From: Glycera tridactyla
Lineage: Eukaryota
DNA length: 64,000 bases
Assembly: GCA_965644265.1 (NCBI GenBank)
Contig: OZ286459.1
Coordinates: 108,810,001 to 108,874,000 of the forward strand
Direction of reading: 5' to 3'
Shown piece after piece: positions 38,728 to 51,448 of this stretch. The notes below the pieces were generated by a model. It was not told the origin of the DNA. It saw only the letters and a program-made list of their open reading frames with translations, and did no database searches. The stretch's first letter is position 1, and each line of letters opens with the position of its first letter. A program made the position numbers and the translations under genes.

Positions 38728-39508
38728 CTATCAAACATAAGAGGCAACACACAATCAGTCAAATGTATGATGCAAAAGTTACGCAAATGACCATATTAGA
38801 ATACATTTGTAACATCTTTCAAAATATCTGCAATGATGAATACTGGCGATGTGAAATGCAGAGATTATTCGGTTGAACGATGACCAACACCTGAAAATTA
38901 TGATAATAGGCAGCAACAACTAGTGATATTCATAATTCATTCTCCTTACAAATTTCTCTTCTATAAAGATATGCTGGCAAATGATTTTCACATCTCGCTT
39001 CTGGATCGAGAATATGTATGTATGTGTGCATATACACACCTGTACAGGTGCAAACTCAAACACACTAACAAGTCTCGCATTTTATATGAAGGAATCATGT
39101 GGTGTGGATGTCATGAATTTTTATTGGATGTAAGCGAAGAGCTAATATTCACTGTGTAAATTGGCAATATGAGAAGCTAATACACCTGCAGTATGGAGAT
39201 TTCCTGAACGAGACCCAAAACTAAAATAAAACAGAGGCAATTTTCTCTCAGCCCTGTCCAATTCCACACCTGTAAATATTCAACTTCATATTAAGGATGA
39301 AAGTCCTCATCATGAGAGATATCTGAAATTAGTCATGAATACCCATCCAATACGATCAAAATATCTCGAAACGTGACATTTTAATGCCAAAATACTTGAT
39401 TACAGATAATTATCTGAAAATGTTCACCACTGTCATGTAGCTTGCCTTATGTAGTCAGTCTCAAAATTTGCAAATTTATAATCTCAATATGAAATGGCCA
39501 AATCTATA

Positions 39509-39685
39509 CAGTCAAACCTCTCTATAAAGACCGCCATGGTCGCATCAAAAAGTGGTTTTTATAGGGAGGTGGTCTTTATAGAGAGGTCATTTACTGTTGA
39601 AAATACTACCATGGTCGCAGCTCAGCGCGGTCCTTATAGAGAGGTGGTCTTTATAGAGAGGTGGTCTTTAGAGCAGGTTCGACTG
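39509..39685 (-). mobile_element. 177-bp TA-flanked MITE (copy B)
   Basis: TA|CAGTCAAACCT...AGGTTCGACTG|TA with internal TCTATAAAGACCACC units. It is a reverse-complement homologue of 44029-44205. Confidence 0.9.
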
Positions 39686-39693
39686 TAATCCCT

Positions 39694-39819
39694 AATTTCA
39701 ATTTGAAATCGTCCATGATCCTCAAGATGAATTGGAAGACATAAATTTGGTGCATAAATTTCAATTTGAAATCGTCCATGATCCTCAAGATGAATTGGAA
39801 GACATAAATTTGGTGCATA
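39694..39819. repeat. Exact 63-bp tandem duplication
   Basis: AATTTCAATTTG...TTTGGTGCATA occurs twice with no mismatch. Confidence 0.95.
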
Positions 39820-40574
39820 TTGTACGCTATCCAGTATGAAAAAGAGAGAATCTCTGATAATAAGAGTGAATATTGAGGAGACAATGGGTGCAGCGCACAT
39901 AATCTTGTGAATCAAGTTCACACCAGTTGGATTGTAAAAGTATCATGGACTATTGCACCAACACATACAAGCTCCATAAAAATAGATAAAACTGAATACT
40001 GCATTCTTTTTGATAGGCTAACAAGATAAGTGTGAGCGAAACAACTTCAAATGTAAGCAATTTGCTTCTGGTATAGGCCAAAATGTGCCAGATGGCTCTC
40101 TAAGAAAACATGCCTCCAGCGAACTGGGGCTGGCAATGGCTTCCACTTGCCGCTGCTGAGGCTGATGAAAAATACACCCCAAAAATATCAGTATAAAAGT
40201 TGACACTAAATACTAGGCAAAAACAGTTCGCTTTAACATGTACTGAGGTACATTACTTGTGTAAACAACAGAGAAGTGACATTGAAAAAAATCATTATCT
40301 GTCAAGTTTGAGTGAAGAATGGAATGAGGAATTTGCAAAGGAATGTCAGGCAAGGCGGGCAGTTTCGTTCTGCCTAGGCTGATACCTCTAATTGCACAGT
40401 AGTGGGTAAGTGAAACCACAGAATGCCAAACCCTTCAGCCTCGATTCAGTAATATTGTTTTGAATTGGAAATGCAGCAATGCGAATGAGCTATGGAATTT
40501 TTGGTGAATTTCTCCACTTCAATTTTTCACCAAATTCTGGGAAAATTGGCACCAGTGGAGATGATAGTATTATA

Positions 40575-40717
40575 CAGTCAAACCTGTGTGACAGGCCACC
40601 TCTATACAGAGGCCACCCTGAGCTGTGACCATGATGGTATATCTTCCCGTAAACAACCTGTCTACAAGACCACTTCATGGAGTGACTGAGGATGGCCTTT
40701 GTAGACAATTTTGACTG
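40575..40717. mobile_element. Degenerate TA-type MITE
   Basis: TA|CAGTCAAACC...TTTGACTG with internal GGCCACCTCT/AGACCAC units. Confidence 0.65.
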
Positions 40718-42019
40718 TTATTTCTCCCTCAGAATGTTGTGTAATCTGAACTAAATTACACACATGAGAAACCGGTATATTTCCTGCTTGTCAATACATG
40801 TATATTTGTTGCCTACATTTGGCATGTTTGAACTATTAGTGTTAGTATCCTACTTAAATTTATGCATAGATCTTGCACTAGTCAAAAGGCCACAACTTCA
40901 ACAGCTTGTCAAAGTCATCAATTCTGCTGCTCGTCGAAATGTCAATTCTTATGATCTGAAGGTGGAATGAATATATGCTACCAAAACTGAGTTAACGCAA
41001 GTGAACCACATGAGAATCTGCAACTGTATTTCCAGCTTTGAGTGGCATATTTGTCAACGAAAAGTTCGTTATCGGTATCCTATTTCAATTTAGGCAAGGA
41101 TCTCATATTAATCCAAAGGTCATCAATTCTAGTGATGATCAGAGGGTGGTAAATTTTTGTTGGTGATACTTAATGAGGGATGGCATCAGGCCTGTCAGGT
41201 CATACATCAATAATGCCAGGCAAAAGCCCCACAGTCATCAGCAGACAAATATTGTCACAAGCAACTGATTTCTTTCATCAATACATCAATCTTCACAAAA
41301 TATTGACTCCCGATAAATAGTCGAAATCGTGGGCCTGTTCATGTTTAACAACACACTCCTTCCTATCATCATCATACTCTCCAACTCGGGAGATATGGAA
41401 GGAGCAATGAGAGAATGCATGCTGAAGCATTCTCCGAATTCATCTCAATTACTCCCCTGAGATACAAACATTCCACTTTTTCACTAATTTGTATTTTTAG
41501 GTTTCAGGCATGGACTCGGTGGTTGTGTGCATTTGAAAATATGCCCAGGCATGTATGCACATGTGGCTAGTGAATCCAAGGTTATCAACCGTCATATTCA
41601 GATGCATACACTCAGTGGAGAAAGAGGGCAGTCAACAAAATCCCTGAGATTTGATCATTTATGGAATGAAGAAACTGCCATATCCCATTGAAAACTCAAT
41701 TTCAAATCCAAATGCTTCCAGATTTACTTCATGATTCATCATTTAAAACTGAATTTCATGAATTTGAACATAAATCCTAGAAATTTCCACCACTGAAGGA
41801 GAATGGCTTCTTACAGATTAGTACAGTGTGGGTTAAAATTCGTGTACATGACAATAACCAAATGACTACTGGGACACAATTTCAGTGCCATCATAGTTCA
41901 TCGAACATGGCACATCAGACTATGCAAGACAACTAAATAGTGCTGATGAATATTTAATGTGCGTCATATACTCTGCCAGTCATCCTGGAATTGGGACATG
42001 TATTATCACATGGTTCATA

Positions 42020-42489
42020 CAAGGTTCTTATGAAAAAATTCCAGAGTTTTTCCAGAGCATTTCCAGTACAGCATGAAGAATTTCCAGAACACGCACTACC
42101 AATAAATTCATGGTTTTCAAAGTGAATGCCTCATAATTAATGGTGATTTTACATGTGCAGCATCAGCGACTGGAGGTAGTATGTCTGAACCACTGAGTTC
42201 TAACATTCTCCATTATGATGGTGATCACGATTTTTTCATGTGCACATCTGGGTGGTCATTCTGAGATCTATCAGAACCATTGATGTCTACAGTGTGCACT
42301 GTCAATCAGCAAAAATGAGTGAAATTATTAGGTTTTTGCTGATCTCCAGAACATAGGTATGAGTTCCAGAGTGCAAATCTCAAAATTCCAGTATTTTTCC
42401 AGAACAATAAAGTGAAAAACATGTTTTCCAGAACATTTCCAGTATAGGTAATGATTTCCAGAACATTTCCAGAGTCTGTGTAAACCCTG
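42020..42489. mobile_element. About 470-bp element with subterminal TTTCCAGA repeats
   Basis: TA|CAAGGTT...AACCCTG|TA with arrays of TTTCCAGA(G/A)CATTTCCAG at both ends. Confidence 0.5.
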
Positions 42490-43102
42490 TATTAACAAAT
42501 GAGCAACTTCACTGAAGCATGAGAGTTACTTGAAATTGGATTCAGATCTATACATCTATACCAGAGTGAAATACCCCATGGGGAGCTCTAAGCTGGAGAC
42601 AATTTACATCAGTTCAATTAGATGTACATGCAACACTGATGAATAAAATATTACATATCGTTGGGATGTGATTAATGTCATTTACGGCACACAGTAGAGG
42701 GTAGTTGCTACTCTGTTTGTGTCTATATGTCTACAATCTATGATATAACTGTGTCTAACTGGCTCCTCCAGTGTCTAACTGTCTCAGTCTAACTGGAGAA
42801 AGTGTTTGATCCGAACATTGGCATCACCCATCATACAAGATTCCAGCTGTTCTCACTGGGTGGCTGATTATACCACTTCCTGAAACCCAGGTGATATCTT
42901 TCTGTCACTGATTATTAAGTTTCTTGTGGGTCTAATGGCCCTAAACTAACTTTTTTCTTGAGCCCTTTGGACAGGTGAAACTGATTTTTTCACCTACCCT
43001 GCTGTATATATTCATAGACTGAATCATGATGATAGGTCTTCCCATCAGGAAGACAGGGCAAAGTATCATCACACTGGATGATATTCGTGCTTATGATGAT
43101 AT

Positions 43103-43284
43103 CAATGATGCAAATGCACCAAGACAGAATTTCCTGGAACTTGTCTAAATTTCTTGAAACTACTCCTCTATACTTCCAAAAGCACCAGATTTGAAACCCT
43201 CAGCCTGATTCCAGAAATTTACGATTTTGAATTTCTCAACAAATTTCCGGAATTCAGGAAACTTTCTGAAAATTTGCATCACTA
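43103..43284 (+). mobile_element. About 180-bp MITE-like element; related copy at about 7056-7196
   Basis: CAATGATGCAAAT...ATTTGCATCACTA imperfect TIR. AATTTCC(T/G)GAATTCAGGAAA is shared with the 7.1-kb copy. Confidence 0.6.
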
Positions 43285-44028
43285 TGATATTCCCTGAGAT
43301 GCAGGTTTTAATTTTCACATAGTTCCAGGAAGTGCCTGGAGTATTATATCACAGCATCCTTTATCAGAAGTTCCCTTATCAAAGGGCAGATGTTTGGCGT
43401 CAGCCCCCCCCCCCCCCCACCATAGGGGTGGGGGTGGTGTGGGGAGGGGGGTAGCAGGGTCTCTTGTGTCCATTAACTGCTGCACCCGGCTCCAACCATC
43501 ATGCCTGATATCAAATTATGCAGCCATTACATCATGCTGGAAACCCCACCGGGGATCTATTACACAGAGACCCATCACAGCTTCAACCACTCACCCCAGC
43601 AGGCCTATCAGCAGGACCTGCTTCTGCTATGAGGCCCTTTCATATGTCTACACTGAGTTCATGTTCCTCTGCCATTATCAAATTCTAGGACTTACTGGCA
43701 ACCATAAGAGGCATCTGATTCTTTTGTCAGGAGTATTCAACAAGTCGGTTCAGAATGTTTTTAAGGATTGTGTGGGTCTCAAAGTTCCCATTGCACATCA
43801 ACCAAATAAATCTGAGGAGGGGGGGGGGGGGGGATCCGTTAAGTTTGAACAGCTTCTCAATCTGGATTTCGCCTGCAAATTTCCGCCACTGGTCGTCGAT
43901 TCTTACTGAGGATTTCACTACACTGACAGCAAAAAAATCTTGTGTATGAATTGAAACAACCTCCACAAGGAATCAGATGATTTCTGAAAATGTAATCTCT
44001 ACATTACAATGATGTATTGTGAAGTATA

Positions 44029-44205
44029 CAGTTGAACCTGCTCTAAAGACCACCTTTCTATAAAGACCACCTCTCTATAAAGACCACATAGGCTGCGACC
44101 GTGGTAGTATTTTCAACGGTAAATGACTACTCTATAAAGACCATCTGCCCATAAAGACCGCTTTTTGATGCGACCGAAGGCGGTCTTTGTAGATAAGTTC
44201 AACTG
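44029..44205 (+). mobile_element. 177-bp TA-flanked MITE (copy C, same family as B)
   Basis: TA|CAGTTGAACCT...AAGTTCAACTG|TA. Same length as the inverted copy B and colinear with it. Confidence 0.9.
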
Positions 44206-44668
44206 TAGTTTCATTCTAATGTATGAATTGGACAACAACGCAGTAGAATTCATGATGGAGCATCCTGTCTGATTAAGTGGTGTCACCAATTACTGCACTG
44301 CCACTAGCCAGTCATCACATCAGAAATATGTGATGTGGGTGCAATCATACCCACTTACTGGTCCAACCAATTACATGTCCTGTTGAAGCATGGAAAATAG
44401 GGCTACAGTTGATTGCTATAGCATGACCTACAATCTCTCAATGTTATCAGGCACAATGTCACATCCACTGATCCACTTATAGAGTAAATCATGCTAGACC
44501 ACAAGAGTTTTTAAAATTAGAAATAACCATTGTCTATACCATTATCTTGTTCAAGGATTCTGGTCTAGTTTTCGGGATGAAATGTCTAGGCAATTAATGC
44601 CATTTTCGATCAGATGGATGAGATTTTGCCTTGCTTTTGATGGAGGACAGTTTAGAGAATGGCTAGTA

Positions 44669-44852
44669 CAGTGAAATCTGCAATTAAAAACCCCTGATGG
44701 AAGTCCACATTTGAGGTGAGACCACGTTTTCAGGGAAGCTTTCCATTTGACTTAATCAATTATACCTTAGACGAGTCCACCTCTTTTGAAAAGCACATCC
44801 TGATGACACCTAGGGCAGTCTCATAGGGCAGTCTCTCATTGCAAGTTTCACC
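44669..44852. mobile_element. Degenerate TA-type MITE
   Basis: TA|CAGTGAAATCTGCAAT...ATTGCAAGTTTCAC with internal CCACCTCTTTTGAAA, as in the 18830 element. Confidence 0.55.
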
Positions 44853-45998
44853 ATAAATGGCATTTTTTTAGTGAGAACTCACGAGAATTGTATGAGTGAT
44901 GGCAGATGGTCTGAATCTGAACATGAAATGATGACTAAACCCTTGTTGAAAACTCTCTTCACAGTTATCGATTTCTAGGGCAGACAGAGGGACTCACTGT
45001 TAAGACTGTGCAAATTTACCACAGCTAAATGCAAGTTGAAAACCAAGACCTTGCCATGGGCCTCATTTAAAATGTCCTTCTTGCTCTTTTACCAGAGCTG
45101 TGATGAAGACGTATGTTCATATGATTTTTTCACTCCCTACAGTGTCTTTCAATAGGCACAATAATCTCTACATGCAATTTGCCCAATAATGAGAATTATA
45201 AGCAGTCATAACAAAAATCAACAAAAGATGTCAGTATTGTCTGAAAACATGTTTTTGAATCAATACTAAGCATTCACAATTCTGAATTATGGTTCTCTTG
45301 AGAAGTGTTTGCATATGGCGCTCACTGAAAGGACTGGGAGCACCAAGTAGGTACATGTACATACATTTATTTTGAGATATGCTTAGTCACTGTAGAATAT
45401 CACACACCCCCTCCCCACTCTAGCAAATATCAATGAGTAATATGTTACATTGGTCACACCAAGAGTGGACTTTCCTACAGACATTCATGAATAACTAGTG
45501 AGATTCTTTCATGAGATTTCATGATCTGCCAGGGGCCAGAAAGTTGAGGAGCTTGAAATGAGTGTGTTCCATAGTTTATTACAAGATTGTTGTAATACAG
45601 GGCCCCATGCATTGACATATTCCTTACCCCTCCATAGAAAATGCACCAGACATTGATGAACAACCAACACACTCCAATAAAACGCTTAAAAGAGCACATA
45701 AAATACATCCATTCCCACTGATGAACTGACTGCACAGCATTTATTCAATTTCATTATACTGGAACATCAGACTATAAAAATACTGATTCATCTATATATA
45801 ATATATACATAAGATTCAATAACCCAGTAGCAGATTCTAACACTAGAAGCAGAGAACGGAGAATTAGTTGCAATTTTATAACATGAAATACCAGTGTGAA
45901 CAAATAAGTAGCTCGGCTCAATACTCAAGATCTGTCTATCATTTATTGTCTGATACAACTAACATGATATGAGAAGGAACGTGTTCAGTAAAAGTTGA

Positions 45999-46193
45999 CA
46001 GGGCAATTTTACTGTTGTGGTACTGATTTTCACCTGCCCTCCCTGCCATCTTCACCTGCCCTCCGGCATATAATCATAGACTGAGCAGTGATTGGGTACC
46101 CGCTCCTCGGGCAGGCAGATCAATAAAATCACCAGCCCTAACAACAAAACTGCCTGCTTGTGCCTGTAGGGCAGCCCTCAGCATTGAACCCTG
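45999..46193. mobile_element. Degenerate CAGGG-ended element; related fragment at about 28557-28650
   Basis: CAGGG...CCCTG ends. TTTTCACCTGCCCTCC and GGGCAGGCAGA are shared with 28557-28650. Confidence 0.45.
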
Positions 46194-47040
46194 TGGTAAG
46201 ATTCAGCAACTGACAATAGCTTCACTCCTATTCCATTCCTTCAATTCTATTCCTGGCATGAAAAAATAATTACCAAAAGAGTGAAACTAATTTAATCAAA
46301 TAACTTGTGCTGGCACCTACCTCAGAACAAAGTCTCTTATTTAATTAATCACACGGGTTTCCAAAAAAAAAAATGCATCTTTTCTCACACCGCAGTAACA
46401 TCAATACATCATGCCTATATGGGAGCCACAAAAAGATGATGGTGTCTTCTAAAAGGCAGCAAGATAGTCCCAGTTACTTATATCACTGTATATAGAATTA
46501 TTGGAGGGGAAACAACCACTTTATGTCCCATCTGTCCATCCACCCCCTCCCCATACTATCAAATTTATTTCTGAATATTACTGTACCATCAATGATTTTA
46601 ATCCCATCGGTATTTGGCACTCTGCACATCCAAGAATGCTGAAAAATCTACCAGGCCCAGAAACTGCAACATAAATATTCAGGTTGCAAGGGCCAAGTCC
46701 TGTGCACCAGAATGCCTGGAATTTTAGCAAATTTTGTTCATAGACCGAAGTTTTGTTGCACAATTTGACAATCATGCTAGCCTGATTACTGAATAAATGA
46801 GAGCAAGGACGGGAAGCAAATGTGTTGAGTGAAGGTTATCCACAGTGTCACCATTTATTGATCCCTGAAGCCTGCCTGAATCCTCTACAATATATCCCCC
46901 TTCAACATTGATCCAACCCATAAAATTACCACCTATCACATCATGTGTAGAGAACATGGCTTACTATCTAATATGCCTGGGGGTAGGATGGTTGGTTGAT
47001 TGGCTGATGTACAACGGCATGTGTCAGCCCAAGGATTATG

Positions 47041-47225
47041 TATGCAGGGATGTGATTGGCTCACAACCAAAAGCACTGAAAACCTGACCAGAGGCGTTTT
47101 TTCCCAACATTTTGTGGACCAAGGAATCGCTACAACTGCTGATTGATGGCTACTATGACTGTATATAAACTATGTGCTCTATCCCCACTAATACTGGTCG
47201 ATTTTCATGATCTAAAATCCAAAAT
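47041..47225 (+). repeat. Unclassified dispersed repeat, three co-oriented copies (about 21261-21430, 47041-47225, 58801-58965)
   Basis: Shared ATGTG(A/G)TTGGCT(C/T)ACAA(C/T)CAAAA...CTGAAAAC and TTCATGATCTAAA. Confidence 0.8.
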
Positions 47226-47835
47226 AATGTTCTTTTCTGTCGTTTGCATGGATTACTGAATTCACAACCAAAAACCTGGAATCTGCTGATCCGTGGAAAA
47301 TCACATCCTACGGTATTGCTGCTCTATGAATGCTGCATGCACTGTCTCTTCAAGCATCACTCACACAATCCCTGAACATGATATGACAGGCCTGGTATTT
47401 CACTGTCTCAAACTTGCATGGGAAATAATTCATCCATTTCCCCTTATAAGCTGTAAAATATGTCAGTGTGTTGGTTCTATTGTTCCGGTAATAAATGGAA
47501 AGTTTTAGACTGGCTTATGAAATAAATCCCCTGTCTCACAATTATAAGCTATGAAATATAACCTCTAGTCCAAATGAAATATATCATCACAGAATTCAGG
47601 TGATAAAATGAACATCTTATGTGAGAGGTAATTTGCTTGACTGAGCAAGAAAGAGTTCTCAAATCTCAGCTGAAATTCAAACAAAGCACTGTGTGCTGGA
47701 TCCCTGAATACACAGTTATAGTTTTAATTGAATAGTTAACTGGAAGTCTAATGGATAGCTCCCCATTCTTTCCATTCTTTCACTATGCTCAGCAATGGAG
47801 CAATGTAATGTCTTCTTGAATAAGATATGAGGATG

Positions 47836-47839
<4 letters not shown>

Positions 47840-47902
<63 letters not shown>

Positions 47903-47934
47903 GTGCCCGCGTGTGTGTGAGAGAGAGTGTATGT

Positions 47935-47987
<53 letters not shown>
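47840..47987. repeat. Compound (TG)n microsatellite
   Basis: Two long TG runs separated by an interrupted segment. Confidence 0.95.
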
Positions 47988-47990
<3 letters not shown>

Positions 47991-49479
47991 CATGTGTGCA
48001 TATGCTTGTATCCATGTGTACATGCATTTGAACATACATATTCAAGAACACCTGTTATCATCCTGGATTACACAAACAGAAACTAAGACCATTTCAAAAC
48101 ACTGCAAAATGGAAGATACAAATGTTGAGTTATCATCATCCTTGTGTCTGAAAGAGATAGAAAAAGCACAGTTTACTACAAGCATTGATACCTATGAAGC
48201 TTCACATTTATGCTTATACCAAGAGATGAATGGAATTCAGTTGAACCAAAATAAATACTATAAACCTCTTATATGCAACAGAAAATCAAAGTATTCTATG
48301 TAAAATAAAGTGATATGGTCTGGCTGCTCTAATGATCTCAATCTGGGTACTCTGACTGATTGATTGATTGATTCACTCATCTATCACAGTTTTCACTAAA
48401 GGCCAATATTGCCCAGTTCTGATTGATGGCATTAAAAATGTTTCGTAAAGGCAGTTGGATATTCTTCTGAGAGCACAAATGTAGTCGTCAGTCACAAAAT
48501 CTGACGGTATGCTGAATTTTTCCATTTCCAGACATTTACGGAGTCCCATCGGGAATCTCCATTCAATGAATCTTGCAGTATGATAACAACATCATTACAG
48601 AGAGATTTAGAGTAATACCAGTAATATGTCAATGACATTACAATGATCCAAGTTATACGTGAGTAATGCACTTCACTCTGTACTAATTTCTGTTCAAAGG
48701 ATTTTCAAGCCAAAAATTGCACGATACATTTCAAACACTGAAACGCTTTCAGACAAGATCCAAAGTTAAGACATTTTGTAAAGTTATGACCTAGTGCCAA
48801 CATGAAAAGTGCAGGAATGATGATTTGAAGTGTGACATACCGCTTTCATCGGATTAGCTTAGTAAATGTGCACTTCAATCTAGTGGACAGATCAACATGT
48901 AATACAGAACAAAATAAATTCCAAACACGCCAAAAAGAACTTTCAATTCAATGTAAGTAGTAAAAGTTAGTTGTAAACAGTCCCTGTTTCAAATATGTGC
49001 ACTTTACGTTAGTGAGAAATGGTCCAAATCTGCGATTGCATTGAGTTAGTTACATGAACAGACCCTCCTCTTGTACTTATCACCCAAATGGTAACTCTAT
49101 TAGGGTCAACAACAGCCTGTGCATCTTTCAAACTTTGTAGATCACACAATTAACATTTATTTGACTTAATACTTAGATTTAATGCCCAAACATCACCTGT
49201 TTAATGAAAGAAACATGCAGAACCGATTATACACCCATAGGGCATCAACCATGAGATGTACAAATAAACCATAATAACGCATTAGTCAAAAAAGGAACCA
49301 AAATAAAAACATAAGCACAGGAAGAAAAGTTTGATGTCAGGTACCCAGACCAAATGCAGGGGTGCTTAAAGAGTCCGAGGGAGGGGGTGAAGCATTTGTT
49401 TTGACACGAAGATGGTGGTTTCTGACTGCAAAGTGACTGGTTAGGCAGCAGCAGCAGGAGACTGAGGGAGTTGAGATGG

Positions 49480-49545
49480 AAAGGCATGTCGGCGGGCGGG
49501 CGCAGAGTTCGTCCCAAGATGGCGGATAATGGCGGTACTACTAAC
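49480..49545. promoter_or_regulatory. Small CpG-rich island with a GC box and YY1-type motifs
   Basis: GGCGGGCGGGCG, CAAGATGGCGG and GATAATGGCGG within about 60 bp, in an otherwise CpG-poor intron. Confidence 0.45.
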
Positions 49546-49596
49546 CTGTTGTAGGGGGTACTGAGAGGAGTACGGGTACATGGAATTTCCTTGCTG
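49546..49596 (-). other. Candidate 51/48-nt phase-0 exon or alternative first exon: QQGNSMYPYSSQYPLQQ
   Basis: Acceptors taaAG|cAG|, donor CAACAG|gttagt. Stop-free, with ATG at 49581. Adjacent to a CpG-rich patch. Confidence 0.4.
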
Positions 49597-51384
49597 CTTT
49601 AAATCAAACAACGGACATGAATTTATCAATCAAACTGTCACAAAGCAAGCATAAGCTCAAGATATCATGTCAACCTGTCACGTCCCCACAGGAAAAAAAA
49701 AGCTTCCATCACCTACAAAGTTAGAAAAATAAATTCAAACATATCAGTGAATTCACGCCAAAGTAGTGCTTTATGTATCCACTAGATGGCAAGCTTGAAC
49801 GGGCAGTCGACTGATATTGATAAGTCCGTCTTATGCATGAGGACACCAATGTTGGTGAGCGTGCCGTCCATCTAATCATATCGTGCAGAAAAACACTGCT
49901 GTACGCCAAGCCTAGATTAATCTTCACTTGATGAAATACTGATTCCAGCTCCTCATGACACAGCATCTTCTATTAATTCTGCGCAGTCAGTTGACTCTCA
50001 AGTCTTAAGGGACAAAATTACTCTTCTTATTTTTCAAATGGTAGCTACACAATGGTATCTCCGTTATTAGCTCGGACAGCACACTCAGGTATGCATGCAC
50101 ATGTATGCAATTGCGCATGCATACACACATCTGTATGGGAATACAGGGATGATTGTGTTAAAGGCAATAATGATTTGGATGGGCGAAGCAAAGGTTGGTC
50201 ACACAAAAGATGCTAGTCCCTGGACCTAATCCTCTACAATGGAGACTAGCATGAATAATTCCCTCACCAACCTTTCTCTGCCAGTACATTTTTTTATCAC
50301 GGCAAACCAGGTAATCAGTATCTTGATGTGACAAAGAAGTTTGATGAAAATGGTCGATCAAGTTTGCATCACACAAATGGCTCATAATAAACAAACTAAG
50401 ACAACCAGCTTTATTCCCATAATGATTTTTTCTTTGTGTGTGTGTGGGGGGGGGGGGGGGGGGTAGAAGTTAAGAAGGTGTGAGTGGTTTCTCACAAGAG
50501 CATATGACTCTGTCTAATGGAAGAGGGGCATGAAAAAGTGATCTCTTGAAACAGGGGGCATTTTAACACACCAAAAGTCTCATGATCATCTGGCACTACA
50601 GACCAAAGAGGGGTCACTGAAAGGGTTTTTAAGTTGGCAGTGGGTCTTATTTTTTGGCAAGCAGATGCATTGGAAGGGCACAATTCATCAGAATGACATT
50701 GGAAACTTTGGCCATCTAACTCACAGCAAAACTGTTCAGATGCCGGTCTGCATGCATTTCAACAAAAAGCGTGCAATTGGCATTATGTCAGCCAAGTGAT
50801 ATTTAATCCTTTCGTTCAGGTATTTGTTTTGCTGGATCACGATCTGGTATGATCATGAAAATGCATGCACACATTCAACCAAGGCTGCCAAGCCGCAGCT
50901 AAATCATAAACATTCTGTGTTTACATCCAATCTCAAAAGGAAATCAATACAGGTATCTTCAATTTAATCCAAAACCAGTCATCATCACAGTCTTAGCAAG
51001 AGGCGAATCTAGACGTCTTTTTGACACATAATTCTCAAAACTGACCCCCTGAAGTTTCAGTATTGCATGGATGTCAATCTTTGATGACCAAAATTAGTAA
51101 TAATAAGACTTATAAAGAGTGATGATGGCACTATTTACAATACTCAGAAATAAAGATTATGATTTACTTTGGGTAAATATTCAGTGAAAAATGCCGTTTG
51201 TTTTGGTTAAAGAGTGACACCCACTCCCAAAATCATAATGGTTGGCATCTATGGACAATGGACATCTTCTTTGCATGAGGATTACATGTAGTGGAATCCA
51301 TCAATTTGAATACTCCATACTGAAATCCTGGCAGCATCACTGGTCATTGTGTCATCATATTCAGCACAACAAGCACTTGCTGGA

Positions 51385-51448
51385 GGATGGATGGATGGAT
51401 GGATGGATGGATGGATGGATGGATGGATGGATGGATGGATGGATGGAT
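51385..51448. repeat. (GGAT)16 microsatellite
   Basis: Read directly. Confidence 0.97.

Noticed and set aside
39651-39921. ORFs with a repeated peptide (MHQIYVFQFILRIMDDFKLK)
   Set aside because: Produced by the 63-bp tandem duplication.
43394-43909. Longest listed ORF (171 aa, plus strand)
   Set aside because: Antisense to the gene, driven by C/G homopolymers, no recognisable domain.
44029-44130. Regularly repeated TCTATAAAGACCAC units that might suggest a CRISPR-like array
   Set aside because: They are subterminal repeats inside a TIR element in eukaryotic DNA, with no unique spacers.
17294-47990. ORFs with HTHTHT or VCVCVC runs (17.3-17.7, 18.5-18.9, 22.7-23.1 and 47.7-48.3 kb) and MDGW repeats at 51.4 kb
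   Set aside because: They are translations of TG/CA and GGAT microsatellites.
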